A stretch of 44,938 nt of DNA, from NCBI GenBank assembly GCA_013265495.1, contig MU057880.1:2324527-2369464 (forward strand), given 5' to 3'. A program made the position numbers and the translations under genes. The notes below the pieces were generated by a model, which saw nothing but the letters and a program-made list of their open reading frames with translations, was not told the DNA's origin and did no database searches. Every line of letters begins with the position of its first letter. Position 1 is the stretch's first letter. This DNA comes from Vicugna vicugna (lineage: Eukaryota). Of this stretch, positions 1 to 13,248 are shown piece after piece.

Positions 1-1618
1 TTCTCATCATCTCCTTCATCTGAAAGTCAGTAGTGTGGCACAGAACCATCCTTTGCAGCTGGGAGGAGGACATCTATCATAGACGAAAGCTTACAAAACC
101 AAAAATAATACCGCCCATCACCCCTCGGGACGTGGGATTCAGAGTGAGTGTGGGAAACCTCGTCGCTATAAATACATCCATGAGTAAGGCCCTGCTGCCT
201 CTGAGACAGAGATGAATGAACTTTTAGGATGCTGAGAGCCTGAGATATAATCTATAGCTTTAAACTGATGTCAGGATTCAGAACTGATTGCTTGAAAAGC
301 CCTTCATTTCCCCAGAATAGACTGATGACTTCAGGGCTACTAGATCTGTTCTCATGCAGAATGTGTATAATTTGGTTCCAATAGGTACGGTATGTGGGAA
401 TATTTACATAGTCCGCGGAACTGTACCATTTGTAGAGGTTAAACTATTACAAAAGCAAAATACAGCAGCATGCGATGTTTTCCAGGTATGTTTTAATCCT
501 AGAATTCAGTGGAATCCAGCTTACGAACACCCTGGGGCTGATTTTTTGTTTAGGTCACGACCTTTTCTTTAAGCAAGGATATGCCACTTTGAAGTCTTGA
601 TGTATTTCTTCCAAGAATCACAGCCATGATGCTTTGATGTTGACTTGCAGTTGACTTTAAGTCAACCTGAGAACTCAAAGATACCTTTCGAAGCAGTCGA
701 AGTGCAGAATTCCTGTAGGATGCTGTGAGGTTTTTCCCTCCTGTGCCCTGTCTGTCATCCCCACCTGAACAGCATCTTTGTATAGTAACTCATTTGGGAT
801 GGAATCCTTCCAAAGCGCATTCATCTAAGTTTTCAAAGAGGCGACACCTGTTTGACTGGGTTACATAACGTGTAAATGAGGAGCGTTACAGGAACAAGTA
901 CCACTGATAGGAACAGTTCGGGGAACAAATGCAGGTATTTCTTGGTAAGCGTCAAATCCAGCTGGTGGAGCAGAAAGGATGCCGGTAGCATTCTGTGGGT
1001 TATGGGAATCGTGGGTCTGCATGCTTTGCACGACAGGAAAGTTACCTGAAGCAGGAGGCCACTTGAGTGAAGGTCGGCTGAGATAATGCGTCTTGTCCTT
1101 TGTCCGGTTTTCAGATGGCTACTGCCTCATGCTGTGTCCCCGGAAAACTGGAAATTAAATGAGTGGGGCCAATGGAAACGTCGTTGGTAACTGCCTTCGT
1201 GTGTCTGTCAAGGCGGGAATGGGCTGCCCGGCACACTGTAGACGGGGAATGCATTTTTAGTCTCTTCTGTCAGTTTTCCTATGATTTAGCTCCACTGTGT
1301 TTTGAGCTTTAGAGGATAGCTTGACCCCTGGAAGTTACTTAGTTTGAAGGAGTGAGTTTTCTACTAGGGAGCTGCCCTTTAAGGAGAACTCTGGGTGAAG
1401 ATTTAGAAGGAGATAGTTTTATCTTATTGAACAAGTGAAATGACTTATGAAACGTATTAGATATTCACCAGAGTAGTGGGGGAGCGGGCTTTCCTTTTTT
1501 CCCTCCCCTTCCTCCTTCCTTCCTTAATGTTTGACTTTTGTTATTTTGAAGTTAGTATCTCACTCTGTGTTTACTTAGGGAAATGCCACACTTTCTTGTT
1601 TGTTTTTCAGCTCTCCTT

Positions 1619-2516
1619 GTTTTGTTTTGTTTTTATTGAAGTAGACTCAGTTTACTATGTTGCATCAGTTTCTGGTGTACAGCACAATGTTTCAGTCATA
1701 CATATAAATACATGTATTTGTTTTCATATTCTTTTTCATTACAAGTTACTACAAGATATTGAATATAGTTCCCTGTGCTATACAGAAGAAACTTATTGTT
1801 TATCTGTTTTATATATAGTAGTTAGTATCTGCAAATCTCAAACCCCCAATTTATCCCTTCCCACCTCGTTCCCCTCCTGGTAACCGTAAGTTTGTTTTCT
1901 GTGTCTGTGAGTCTGTGTCAGTTTTGTGAATAAGTTCATTTGTCCTTTTTTTAGATTCCACATATAAGTGGTACCATATGATACTTTTCTTTCTTCTCTT
2001 TCTGGCTTACTTCACTTAGAATGACAATCTCTAGGTCCACCCATGTTGTTGCAAATGGCATTATTTTATTATATTTTATGTCAGAGTAGTATTCCATTGT
2101 ATAAATATACCACAGTTTCTTTATCCAGTCATCGTTGATGGACATGTAGGATGTTTCCGTGTCTTGGCTATTGTAAATAGTGCTGCTATGAACACTGGGG
2201 TGCAGGTGTCTTTTTGAATTAGAGTTCCCTCCAGATATATGCCCAGGAGTGGGATTCCTGGATCATAGAGTACACCTGTTTTTAGTCTTTTGAGGAATCT
2301 CCACATTGTTTTCCACAGTGGCTGCATCAAACTTCATTCCCACCAGCAGTGTAGGAGTAACCCTTTTCTCCACAGCCTCTCCAGCATTTATCTTTTGTGG
2401 ACTTTTAAATGATGGCCATTCTGACTGGTGTAAGGTAATGATATCTTATTGTAGTTTTGATTTGCATTTCTCTGATAATTAGTGATACGGAGCATTTTTT
2501 TCATGTACTTATTGGC
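1619..2516 (-). mobile_element. LINE-1 3' portion (end of ORF2, 3' UTR, A-tail), 5'-truncated
   Basis: Minus-strand peptides match the L1 ORF2 C-terminus (PLWKTMWRFLKRL..YDPGIPLLGIY..CTPVFIAALFTIAK; WIKKLWYIYTMEYYS..MPFATTWVDLE); T-rich tail at left. Confidence 0.95.
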
Positions 2517-3089
2517 AATTTAAGTTAAACCAACTCCTTAGTTCGAACCAGGTGTCCTGCTTTGTAAGCGACCACCTGCCCCTCCAACACAGGCTGTGCA
2601 CTGACTTGCTCGTCTCCTCGTGCTGCGGGAGAAGGGGGCTGAGTCTGTCAGCCCCCACTGCCCCCCAGCCCCGTGCCAGCCTCCCCAGAATGGTGAACAG
2701 ATCAGCTGAAGACACCCAGCTTCAAATGAGCTACGGTTCATTTTCCTCACGAACCATCGTGACCCACACAGAACACACCTTCGTGAAGGCTTGGCTCAAA
2801 CCATGGTTTGTTACATCTTGCAGACATGTGTGCTACTGTAGAGATGGTCAAAAATTTTTAAATATACTGATTTAGGGCAAGAGTAGCTTGGAGTCAGATC
2901 ATGCCTGTGAATCTGACCTGAAAACAGAGGTAATGTATTTGTTGACCTTTGCCCCCCAGCCTGTCTCAGCAGGAGTATTTACTCCTCTGAGGTCGTGGCT
3001 ACTGCCAAGGTGCCCTTGACCTCAGGATCACTGACCTTGACCTAGACTCTTTCCCGAGGCCTCACTGCGAGGGGGTTATGTGCCTGTGG

Positions 3090-3265
3090 CCCTGAGTCTG
3101 GAATCCTCACTGTTCCTCTGAACTACTTTTGCAACCCTGGGCAAGTTTTCCTGCCCCCAGAATGTGAATGACCGAAGTTTCTGCCTTACAGCCTTGTTGA
3201 GGATAAAATATCAAATGCTTAGCCCAGTGCTTGGGGTAAAGTAGTCAACAAACATGTTGTTTTGT
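3090..3265 (+). mobile_element. Degenerate MIR SINE
   Basis: MIR-like motifs ccctgggcaagtt, ttgttgaggataaa, aaatgcttagcccagtgcttgg. Confidence 0.6.
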
Positions 3266-3318
3266 TTTAAGTCAGATTCACTGGCATGACCTGGGTCCAA
3301 GCTACTCTCTCCCTAAAT

Positions 3319-3566
3319 CAGCATATTTAAAATTTCTGGCCATATCTACATGGGCACACACATGCACACGCACAAACACACAATTGTATTTTAAAATATA
3401 TGTGTATGTGTACATGTATATATTATGAAGTAATACTTAACCTTAACATATGAATTCAGTCTTATAATTTCTTTTTCATTTCTTCTTTTTAAGAATGTTG
3501 GTGCAATGTACTCAAGTGATTTCACAACCCACTAAACATGTCACAACTTGAGTTTGAAAAATCTGA
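3319..3566. mobile_element. Probable degenerate hAT-Charlie-type (MER) DNA transposon remnant
   Basis: CAG...CTG termini next to CTAR-like sites; 3' end gatttcacaacccactaa...agtttgaaaaatctg resembles MER/Charlie ends. Family not assignable. Confidence 0.4.
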
Positions 3567-5655
3567 CCTAGCGTATAAACAGGTGTACCATTTGTCCATG
3601 AAAGTGTATGACTTTTGACCATTTTACTTGCTTTTCTGGGAAAATACCATATTATGCTAAAATATGTAAGAATTCATTCTTAAAATCCCCAAACTGATAT
3701 TAAAGAACACCTTCCTTTATAACCTACAATACCTACAATGGATTTTAGGAAGCCCATATTCAGTGTTGGGTTGAATGTTGGCCATCCATGTTGACCTGTT
3801 GAAAACGTAACTCCTTTTCGGAACTTGTCCCTGGGGGGTCACTTTCCAGGATTGTACTGATACCTCAGTCATGATAGGTACTACTGATTGAATGCCTTCC
3901 TATACGACGTTAAAACGGACAACTTGTTTGTGATGATGGACTATTGGTTTAGTTTGCTTTCCCACTTGGCTTTTGAAGAACTCATCCGCCTTTTAGTGCA
4001 GGAATTTAGGGCTCACTTTGTGGTGTCAGAGTCAACAGTCCAGAGTCCAGCCAGCCCCCGGAACTGGCTGGTGCTCGGGGCTGTGAGCACAGGTGAAGGT
4101 CTGCTCTTGCAGACCCTCCGGCCCTCTGCACATGTTCAGGGAAAGCAAAGAAGAGGCTGGCGCTGCTGTGGAAGGTCTCAGGGTGGTGCTCATAAAACAC
4201 GGGAGTGTGAACTTGTTCTCTGTGCGCTCCGTGGCAGAACTGGAAACACAGATGTAAGGTTTTGGAAAGCACAATCCTTCATTGTTTAGACAGGTCTCTA
4301 GGCTTCCTAAACTGTGCACACTGTGAAGTGGGGCCCTTAGTGGCATTTACTCTTTGTGTATGAATGACACTTCTGCCTGAAGAGAGAGCATTTGGGGTAA
4401 AAAATAAATAAATAACTTGTCACTCAATGGAGACGTTTTGCTTGAAAGGTATTTTCGTTTCACAACATTTCTCTGCTCATCTTAGGTGTTCTGATTTTGA
4501 CACGCTGGTTTTTGTTGTGAAACATCCGCTCTGAGATTTTTACTTTGTTTTGCATCTGTGTAAGGTGACTGCTGCTGATGTGTTTCAGTACCTTCAGAAC
4601 AATTTCCTTGGGATAAACGTGATGCCAAATAATTAGAGCTAAGCATTTCTCATGGAGTGGGAAATACTTAGGTCTTAATTCAATTCCAAATTGGCTCAAA
4701 TTTCCCACCAATACTGCCATTTTATTCATATTCTGAATAAGTTATATTAATACAACTGTATTTTTCCTTCCTTTATTTGGATTATGGCGCCAATGAAATC
4801 TGTATGTTTTCCCTCTTTTATATACTTGTAAATATACAGCTATTAATACTTATTTAAGAATCTTCCTACCTACCCGCCCACTGGCCTACTTTTGAGAATA
4901 TTGAGAATTTTAGCCTGTTGTCCCATTTGTTTTAAGCAGACAAAGATGCCAGACTTTTTTCTTAACCCTTGGGACTGAGGGAAAATATTTACAGATGTTA
5001 ACCATGGGGAAAGTACTTTTCATAAAGCCCTTTTGATCTCCATGAATAATAAACAGGAGGGTTTCATTAAGTGTATCAAAGTTTCCAGGCCTTCCTAGAA
5101 TAGATTTGCAAGTTGATGGCCAAATGGAGATTAGACTTCCAGCCCCATCATGGCAGGGTATCTCACTGGTCCCACCACAGTGGAACGTAGGGGGTACACG
5201 TTTTTAATATGTTTTAAGACTCACCTTTGCATTGCGTCTGTGTGAAGTGACCGCTGCTAATATATTTTATTACTCTTAGAACAATTGTGTTGGGGATTTC
5301 ATAATACTAAACAATTAAAGCTAAATAATTAATATGTAAAACTTTGTTTCTAAGATTTATTTAACTGCTATAAAATCTTTGTTTCCACGTGCTTTGTATT
5401 CAGCAGATTTCTCCACAGTCAACGTGGAAATCAGTTCTTTACCCTTCAACTCTTATTCTACATAATTCTTATTTATCGTGTCATTTTGGTACATTTTTCA
5501 CATTGTTTCCTGTTTTGCCTTTTGATTTCCAAAAGTTGTTAACTCTTTTCTTGATAAAAAAGAAAATCCATCTTTGAGGTCTCTCAATTTGGATGTTTTA
5601 AAGGCACATCAAGCTCAACGTGGTCCTTTTTAAATGTTCAAGTTCCCTATAAATG

Positions 5656-6151
5656 TGTTGTTGACCTAACACCAATTATTTCTCCAGAAATGGATTTACT
5701 TGGGGTCAACAAAGAATTGCAATTTCATGTCCACAGCCATGGTGAGCTGCATGCAGGTCCTCCCATAGCAGGAAGAGAAGACCTCTTTTATAGAGGGGAC
5801 AGGAAGTGAGGCTGCAGTAAACCGAGAGTCCATTCGAGGAGCTGGGAGAGGGAAGTGTGGTGGCTTTTCATTGGCTGAGCCAGGGCAGGCTCTCCTGGGC
5901 TGAGCTGGGACAGAATCTCATTGGCTGAGCTGGGACAGGCTCTCATTGGCTGAGCTGAGAAAGGCTCTCACTGGCTGAATCAGAACAGACTCTTATTGTC
6001 TGAGCCTGACAGGCTCCCACTGGCTGAGCTCTTGCCAAGTGAGAAGGGCATTGTCTCCTACCTTTTGGGCTCTGCTATCACCACAGGGCATGAGACTTCC
6101 ATCTCCTGGCCTCCTGACTCTAACTGGGATTCCTATTTTCTCATTTTCACA
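5656..6151 (-). mobile_element. Solo ERV-type LTR, antisense to PDGFC (family unassigned)
   Basis: Minus strand begins TGTGAAAATG (6151) and ends GGTCAACAACA; in order it carries a CCAAT array, TATAAAAG (5792-5785) and an AGTAAA poly(A)-like hexamer (5700-5695). TSD not clear. Confidence 0.7.
5863..6030. repeat. 25-bp minisatellite, ~6.7 copies, inside the LTR
   Basis: Consensus GCTCTCATTGGCTGAGCTGGGACAG; units start at 5863, 5889, 5914, 5939, 5964, 5989, 6013. Confidence 0.92.
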
Positions 6152-7336
6152 GAATCACAAATTGCACGTGAACCACAGTAATTACACTTTCTTCAGGGAT
6201 TGTGGTAGTTCATCAGCACACCTTGCTCCGCAGGACTGCCTGGTGCTCTGTGTTCCTGCTACCTCGCAGGGTGCCCGTTGCCCGGGGAGCACTGCATGGT
6301 GTTCAGCGAGTGAATGGGTGATAACTGATAGCTTCATGGGTGTTCTGGGCTCAGATGACATCCTGTGACAGCCAGTGGCACAGGCATGAGTGGTGCCAGC
6401 TGGACAGACGCCAGTTTTGCATTCTGTGTTGGTTACATCAAGTCCTAGAGCCTGAAGCCAGGGAGGGGTAGCCCTGTGTCCACCAGGAATGCTGGTCCTG
6501 GGAAAACCTTGGTGGTTTGCCTGGGAAATCAGTGTCACTTTCAAGATGTGAAATTGATGCTTATATTATGTAAATTTAAAAGTGAGACAGGAGGAAAAAA
6601 CTCAGGTTATAAGAAGGAATAAAAATGCACAAATTCCTACCCTGTGAGTGGCCTGAATTACTCATTTCTTAGTAGAGCACCATAATATCTATACCTAAGT
6701 TTATATCACACCTTTCAAATTACATGGTACTTTTACATGCATTCACGTGTGCATTGTAATAGGTAACTGAGACTTTTAAAGTGTCAGTAAATAATTGGTG
6801 CAAATTCCTGTGTCTACTTCTTAATATTTTTATTTTGAAAGCTTGGGATGAGTCGGGTTTGCAGTAGCACACAAAGCAGTGGGCCCTGGTGGCCAAAGTA
6901 GGGCAGAGAGTCTTTGTATTATTAATATTTGAATATTTTACTCTACCCAACTTCAGAGAGTTTCAAAATTGGGAGAACCCTTTAAATTAATCTTGTTGCA
7001 TAACTTCCATCTGAGTCACAATTCTGTTTACCAAACAAAAGGACTTTGTGACTTTGACACAAAACTTACGATTTCATTCTGTTTTAGCTGTTGAGGTCAC
7101 TCCATTTCAAAACAGTCTTGTTTTTAGAAGTTTCTTTTTTATATTAAGCAAAAATCTTTCTTGTCTTCACTGCCTCCTACTGGTCCTAATTGTTCCTTTG
7201 AAACTGCATGTAATTATTCTATGACTTTTTCCTTCACTAGTAATGTATTGCCTTAAAAAATATACCTATGCACATTATCTGATTTGAGCTTAAAACCACC
7301 CAGGAAATTACTATCCTTGTCATATACATAAATACT

Positions 7337-7552
7337 CAACAGATGACTGGATAAAGAAGTTGTGGTACGTATATACAATGGAATACTACGCAGCCATAAA
7401 AAAGAATAAAATAATGCCATTTGTAGCAACATGGATGGACCTGAAGATCGTCATTCTAAGTGAAGTGGGCCAGACAGAGGAAAAAAATACAATATGATGT
7501 CACTTATATGTGGAATCTAAAAAAGAAAAAGAACATAAATGAACAACTTATT
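7337..7552 (+). mobile_element. LINE-1 fragment (ORF2 end/3' UTR start)
   Basis: gatgactggataaagaagttgtggtac...atgccatttgtagcaacatggatggacctg...aagtgaagt, the same segment as the copies at 1.6, 9.3 and 17.2 kb. Confidence 0.9.
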
Positions 7553-7769
7553 ATTTATAACTTAGATGATTGGTTTCTTGAATATGTGTAAGCACATCAG
7601 ACTGTCCTTTATGATTAGATTACTGCATTCTGTTAATTCTTATTTTGTGGTTGGCTTTATTCCTCTGATTACTATGTAAGTTCAGAAAGCTAAAGCTCTA
7701 TACTGCTCTTAGAAACAATAAACAGTACATATATGTAAATTTTAAAAAATAAATTAAGGGAAAGATAAA

Positions 7770-7895
7770 TACTCTAAAGCACAGAGAAAATAAGCAATTT
7801 ACCAGTGGTCACGCCCACATATAATGAATGGTGGACCTGGGCCCCAGATTTTCTGATTCACAATCTTACGTTCTTTCCATGATGCTGTATTGCCT
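7770..7895 (-). mobile_element. Degenerate MIR SINE
   Basis: aagcacagaga..aagcaatttacc..ggtcac..atggtggacctggg..ctgattc pattern. Confidence 0.5.
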
Positions 7896-9257
7896 TAAAA
7901 TATCCTTTCCAGCAGTAAGTGACGTCCTATGTACTCTTTCCTCCTTCAGACACGGGATCGCCTCAGCTTCTTTACTTTCTCAGTTTTGCCAGCCATTCCT
8001 CAAGCTACCTGATTTTCAGTGAGAAAAATGTTTGTGATTCTAGAAGGTGTTGTGTGTGTGTGCGTCTGTGTGTTTGTGCATGCACATGTACCTGCTCGTG
8101 CAGATCTTAGGAAAAGCCCACAGCCTTCTGGTGGTTGCAGTGTATTTGGAATCAAAGCCAGTCTGCGTAGGCTCTCACCCCCACATAGATACTTTTGACT
8201 TATCTGAGTCTCTTATCTTATGTAAAATTTTATATAAATATTTTTAAAAACAAATGTGGACCTCATGTACCATTTCAGAATCCATAGTTTCCAACTGAAG
8301 AATTATGGGCCTCCTCCTGATTTTGTACATTAGTCTTTAGTAAAAGCAGAGAATCGTATTTTTCTCAACAGCTGTTTAACGTGGGTCAGTGTCTCTGTCT
8401 GCCCCCTGTGTTTGGTTCCAGGGAAAACCTCCCATCTGAGCAACTTCATTCAGCTTGGCTGGCTCAGGAAATAAATGCTTTTGGGTTGTAGCAGTGGGCC
8501 CAGTAAAACCTAAGGATTTCTGAAGTCCGCTGGAGAAGTGCTCTACCCAGTTGGTAGGGGATTAGACTGGGCTCCGAATATCAAAGGAAGAGGTTAGCCC
8601 AGTGTCAACAATTATATAATTCTATACCGTAAACCCCAGAACAAAACTAACCACTTCCTAGATGGTGAGGAGCAGTAGCGAGAGCTGAAACCACAGTTGA
8701 TTAGAGCAGCTAAAACCACACTTTTGCCGGGACTAGTGTGTAATTATTTCCATATATTCTGCAGAAAATCATCAGAAGCCAGAAAGTATTTCCACATCAG
8801 TGAATAGGAAAGACGTTTAGAAAGATAAATTATTATAAAGCAACCATTTGTGAAAAACGGGGAGTTGGGGAAGTGGCGTCATAGTCACTGCATGAATATT
8901 CATATTCTCAGACTTAAATGAGCTTCTTTGAAACTGACTTATCTGAAATTATACTGCTTGCGTTCAAAGTTTCCAGTTCCCCACGAAGTGAGTAGTTTCA
9001 ACCCAGTACTCTTCCTGGAAGCTAAGTGCTCAGAAAGTGATTAAAAGTAGAATTTTAATGTCAGCATTTTTTCACATTGAGTAAGAGGTGACATTGAATT
9101 CACTGTGATGACTAAGTTAGCCAAGTGCCCGACTCAGTTAAGGAGTTTCTGACATGGAAATTCACCTCTTTTTATAAAAACTTGTTGTATTAGTTTATCT
9201 TTAAAACCCTCTAAAACAGATTTCTACAGACCCTTGTTGAATCTTAGTCCAGGTTGG

Positions 9258-9983
9258 TTTTTCTTTTTTTGATCTATTATTAATTTTTTAATTGAAGTAT
9301 AGTCAGTTTACAATGTTGTGTTAATTTCTGGTGTACAGCATAATAGTTCAGTCATACATGAACATACATATATTCATTTTTATACTCTTTTCCATTACAG
9401 GTAACTACAGGATATTGAATATAGTTCCCTGTGCTATACAGTATACATTTGTTTTTTATAAATTTTATATATAGTAGTTAGTATCTGCAAATCTCAAACT
9501 CCCAATTTATCCCTTCCCACTCTTTCTCCCCTTGGTAACCATAAGTTTGGTTTCTATATCTGTGAGTCTGTTTTCAGTTTTGTGAATAAGTTCATCTTTT
9601 TTTTTTTTTAGATTCCACGTATGAGTGATATCATATGGTATTTTTCTTTCTCTTTCTGGCTTAACTTCACTTAGAATGACAATCTCTGGGTCCATCCATG
9701 TTGCTGCAAATGGCATTGCATTCTTTCTATGGCTGAGTCATATTGCATTGCATAAATATACCACAATTTCTTAATATTCTTTATCTAATCATCTGTTGAT
9801 GGACATTTAGGTTGTTTCCATGTCTTGGCTTTTGTACATAGTGATGCTATGAACATTGGGATGCAGGGGTCTTTTCCAATTAAAGTCCCCTCTGGGTATG
9901 TGCCCAGGAGTGGGACTGCTGGATCACATGGCAGCTTTACTTTTAGGTTTTTAAGGGCTCTCCATGCTGTTTTCCCTAGTGGA
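9258..9983 (-). mobile_element. LINE-1 3' portion, 5'-truncated
   Basis: Minus-strand peptides PCDPAVPLLGTYP..PMFIASLCTKAKTWKQPKCPSTDD and MPFAATWMDPEIVILSEV; closely similar to the 1619-2516 copy. Confidence 0.95.
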
Positions 9984-12886
9984 GGGCTCTTCTTTTCTGA
10001 CTGCAGACACACACAGACTTCTCTCCTTATTCTGTTAAACCTCCTTATCGTCCTTCCCAGGAATCCACTGTTCGTTCTTTTTTCTCACAGTCAGACTTCA
10101 CCAGGTTCCCCTCCCGTCCTCTATTTATGCTCCTGTTCCTCAAAGGCCTCTTTCTTCCTCACGACTTCAGTGAAAGTCAGCAGATCCTGGGACACAGAAG
10201 GCCCCTGGTGGTGACTCCACGCCTCTTGCCTCCCTCTCCTCTGTCTTCCCGCCGCGTTAAGGCTGCCCCGGTCTCACTGCTCAGCACTGCCCTCTCCGGC
10301 TGCATCATCACGGTCACGCAGGTCCTCTGACTGGTCCAGCCCAGGCCCAGCGCCGGCTCCGCTGCCCCCACCGCACGTCTGAGTGTCGGGACACCCGGGT
10401 TCCGCTCCTTGGTCCTGGTCTCTCCTCGTGTTACTTGTGTCTCAGTCGTGGCCGTGACTCACGGTGTACGTGAGTAACTCTCTGTATTTAATGCAGGGGA
10501 GGGGGTGGTTTGCATGTCCACGCCCCACGACTCCTCCTTAGAACGCCCCAGCCTGAACTTTCCCTTTCTTCCCATCCTTGCCTGCTGTGCGCGCACTGGA
10601 CGATTATGTCCCGGGCAGCCCTTCTCATGAGCTGGTGTTCAGCCCCCCAACGGGTCCTTCCCTCCCTTACACCCTCTTCCGTCAGCTCCCGACTCCCATG
10701 GATGCGACCACAGTCAGGCACTTGGACACACACCCTTCCTTTCTCTGCCTCGGTGCTGGTCATCACGTCATCAAGTGTACTCCTGCAGCCTCGTGAATAT
10801 TTTCTGGCCAGATCCCAAAAGGCGTTAGGGATCCAGAGAGTCCAGGAGAAAGGAGACCTGTCCTCCGCCAGGGAGGAAGGAACGTGCAGGCACGTGGGAG
10901 AGAGATGTGCATTAATTTCAAGTCAGTGTCATGGGCCAGCTGAGGAAGGGCGGTGTGGACAGAAGTCTGGCTGTGACTGCCTCCTGGAGGAGCAGTGACA
11001 AAACAAAGGAAGACGGGACCCACCCCGGGGAAGAAGTCTGGGCAGACGTTCACCTTCCATTAGAGCGTATCTCATTTTTCCCCTCAAAGCAATGTCCTGA
11101 GGGATTATTTTTATTATCCTTCCCAGTTTCAGCACTTCACTCACACTTTTTGTGTTGTCAAGCTATTTTAAATAAAAAACTCAGTAGTAGTGTTTCTTCT
11201 CTAAAATAAAGTCTTCTGCCCACAGAGATTGAGGGTCTTCTATGACCATTAAGCTTACTGAACTGAAAATCGAAAATACCTACCAATACAGGTGCCATTT
11301 CTCAGCTCGATCCCCACGAAACTTCCTGCAAATTTCCCTGAACGGCCCTTAAGCCATACCTGAATAAATACTGAACAACAAGAGAAGGTTCTGCAAGCAA
11401 GAGCCCTGAGGATCCTGGTTTGAGGTGCACGGCCGTTGCGGTGTGTCGGGGGAGGTGCGCTTTCCTTCCAGCCGTTCTTGGTTTGCCTTCTCCTGCACCT
11501 GCGGCCCCTCACTGGGGGCGTTTCCCGAGCGCTGTCACGCAGCAGATCCCAAGCCGTCTGTGTGATGGGGTGGGCTCTGTTGTCAGACGCTAGCAGCGGC
11601 GACATCTCGCTTCAGCTTCGCATGGCTTGTCACATTTTTTGGATCAAAGGAATAATTTTTAAAGTCTTAGGAGGAACAACCCCCTGATTTTGGCTTCCCG
11701 CAGATGCCAACGTGGAGGATGCCCTTGGGACCAGATTGTTGATTTGGCCCCTGGAATCCCAGTTTTCCGTAAAGATTTGGATGTCCAATCCGCAGTTTTA
11801 CCGAGGAAGTGGGAAGTCTGTGTGTTGCACCGGCGTGCAGTCCAGCCGGCCCTGGGAGGGCGCTGGCTTCGAGAACTTCCACCCTGAGGCGCTGGTGTCG
11901 GGGTGAAGTGCTTTAACCGGGGTGACTGCAGACCTTGGACTTTAGGTGACGAGGTAATGGTGTTGTCGTCTGTAAGTGTCGTCAGATCGTGGTGGTGCTG
12001 GAGTTTCATGCCGTTAGACACGGTTGTTTCATCCACTAATTCAGTAAGACTGTGCTTATAACAAAGCATTCCTTTTAGGGGGGAGGGGGGCAACATTTTC
12101 CACAAAGCGGGCACCTCTTTTTCCATAATTGAGCCCAGGCAGAACCCCGATGCTCATGGCCTTAGGAGGTCAGCTCTAGGTTCCAGCCTTAAGATGCCTG
12201 CTTTTTGGTGCTGAAGGGTAAACACCGCGCCCTGCTCAGACTGGACCGCCACCAGAGAGGACTGTATAGACGGGCCAGGTTTTATTCAGTTGCCACACGC
12301 TGGGAGGAGGATGCTCCCGGTCTTGAGACGCGATGTGACACAGCTGCCTCCTTCCCTGGGATTTCTCACTTAAACACACACAAGCTGCAGCACTCATAGT
12401 GCTAACGCATCCTTGAGCAGGGGTGCCAGCTTTCATCTTCTCTGCTGGCTTAAAAGTAATTTCAGACAATAACCCAGATGACTGTTTGGATGGTTTCAGG
12501 TAAGAACAGAGGAGAAGACCAAGAAGTGCGTTTAACTCGACTGTTCCAGGGCATGCTGGTGTCTTTCCAGCGCCTCCCGGCAGCCCTTCCTGGCAGGAAT
12601 TGGTGTCTGCGTGCCCCATCTGCTGCTCAGCCTCTTTAAAGAAGTCAGATGTGCATTCAGAATATCAGCTCACATTAGGGAACTGAGATGGGAGACCCTT
12701 TCAGGGTCGACTTTTCCTTCTCTTCTGTTTGTTACTGTTTTATTCTTGTGGTGCTGTCTTGTTTTTAGTAACCACAATAAAACCTAATCAGCATACTTAA
12801 CCCTGCTGTTAGGTATGAATGAGGCGGCAGGTTGCTTATCAGTCTGAAGTGGCCTGTGTCCAGCTGGCTAAGAGAGAGGCAGCCTC

Positions 12887-13053
12887 GGGGGGAAGGGTGG
12901 AGCTCAGTGGTGGAGCATGTGCTTAGTATGCACGAGGTCCTGGGTTCAGTCCCCAGCGCCTCCATTAAAATAAATAAATAAAAATATATAAACCTATTTA
13001 CCCCTCCTCCCAAAATTTTAAAAAATAAAATTAAAAATTAAAACATCAAAAGA
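12887..13053 (+). mobile_element. tRNA-derived SINE (vic-1-like, camelid), copy 1 of triplet
   Basis: G-rich head, A-box AGCTCAGTGG, B-box GGTTCAGTCC, aacctatttacccc segment and A-rich tail. Confidence 0.88.
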
Positions 13054-13069
13054 AAAGAGAAGCAGCTTT

Positions 13070-13236
13070 GGGGGGAGGGTACAGCTCAGTGGTAGAGCAT
13101 ATGCTTAGTATACACAAGGTCCTGGGTCCAATCCCAGCACCTCTGTTAAATAAATAAAATACATATATAAAAATAAACCTAATTACCCCCTAGTTTTTTT
13201 TATAAATAAAATAAATTAAAACATTTAAAAAAAAAA
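13070..13236 (+). mobile_element. tRNA-derived SINE (vic-1-like), copy 2 of triplet
   Basis: ggggagggtacagctcagtggtagagcat..gtcctgggtccaatccc..aaacctaattacccc..A tail. Confidence 0.88.
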
Positions 13237-13248
13237 GGAAGCAGCTTT

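Noticed and set aside
1951..2330. ORFs with reverse-transcriptase-protein-like peptides (also 9.5-10 kb, 14.8 kb, 17.2 kb, 32.3 kb)
   Set aside because: Truncated, interrupted L1 ORF2 C-terminal remnants, not genes.
5863..6030. CRISPR-like regularly spaced repeat
   Set aside because: Contiguous tandem units with no unique spacers, no cas genes, mammalian context.
10488..12619. Cluster of overlapping 60-160 aa ORFs
   Set aside because: GC-rich intronic sequence, often non-ATG starts, no recognisable domain or coherent exon structure.
12887..12965. Possible tRNA-Ala gene
   Set aside because: A-rich tail, target-site repeats and several diverged copies in the window show it is a tRNA-derived SINE.
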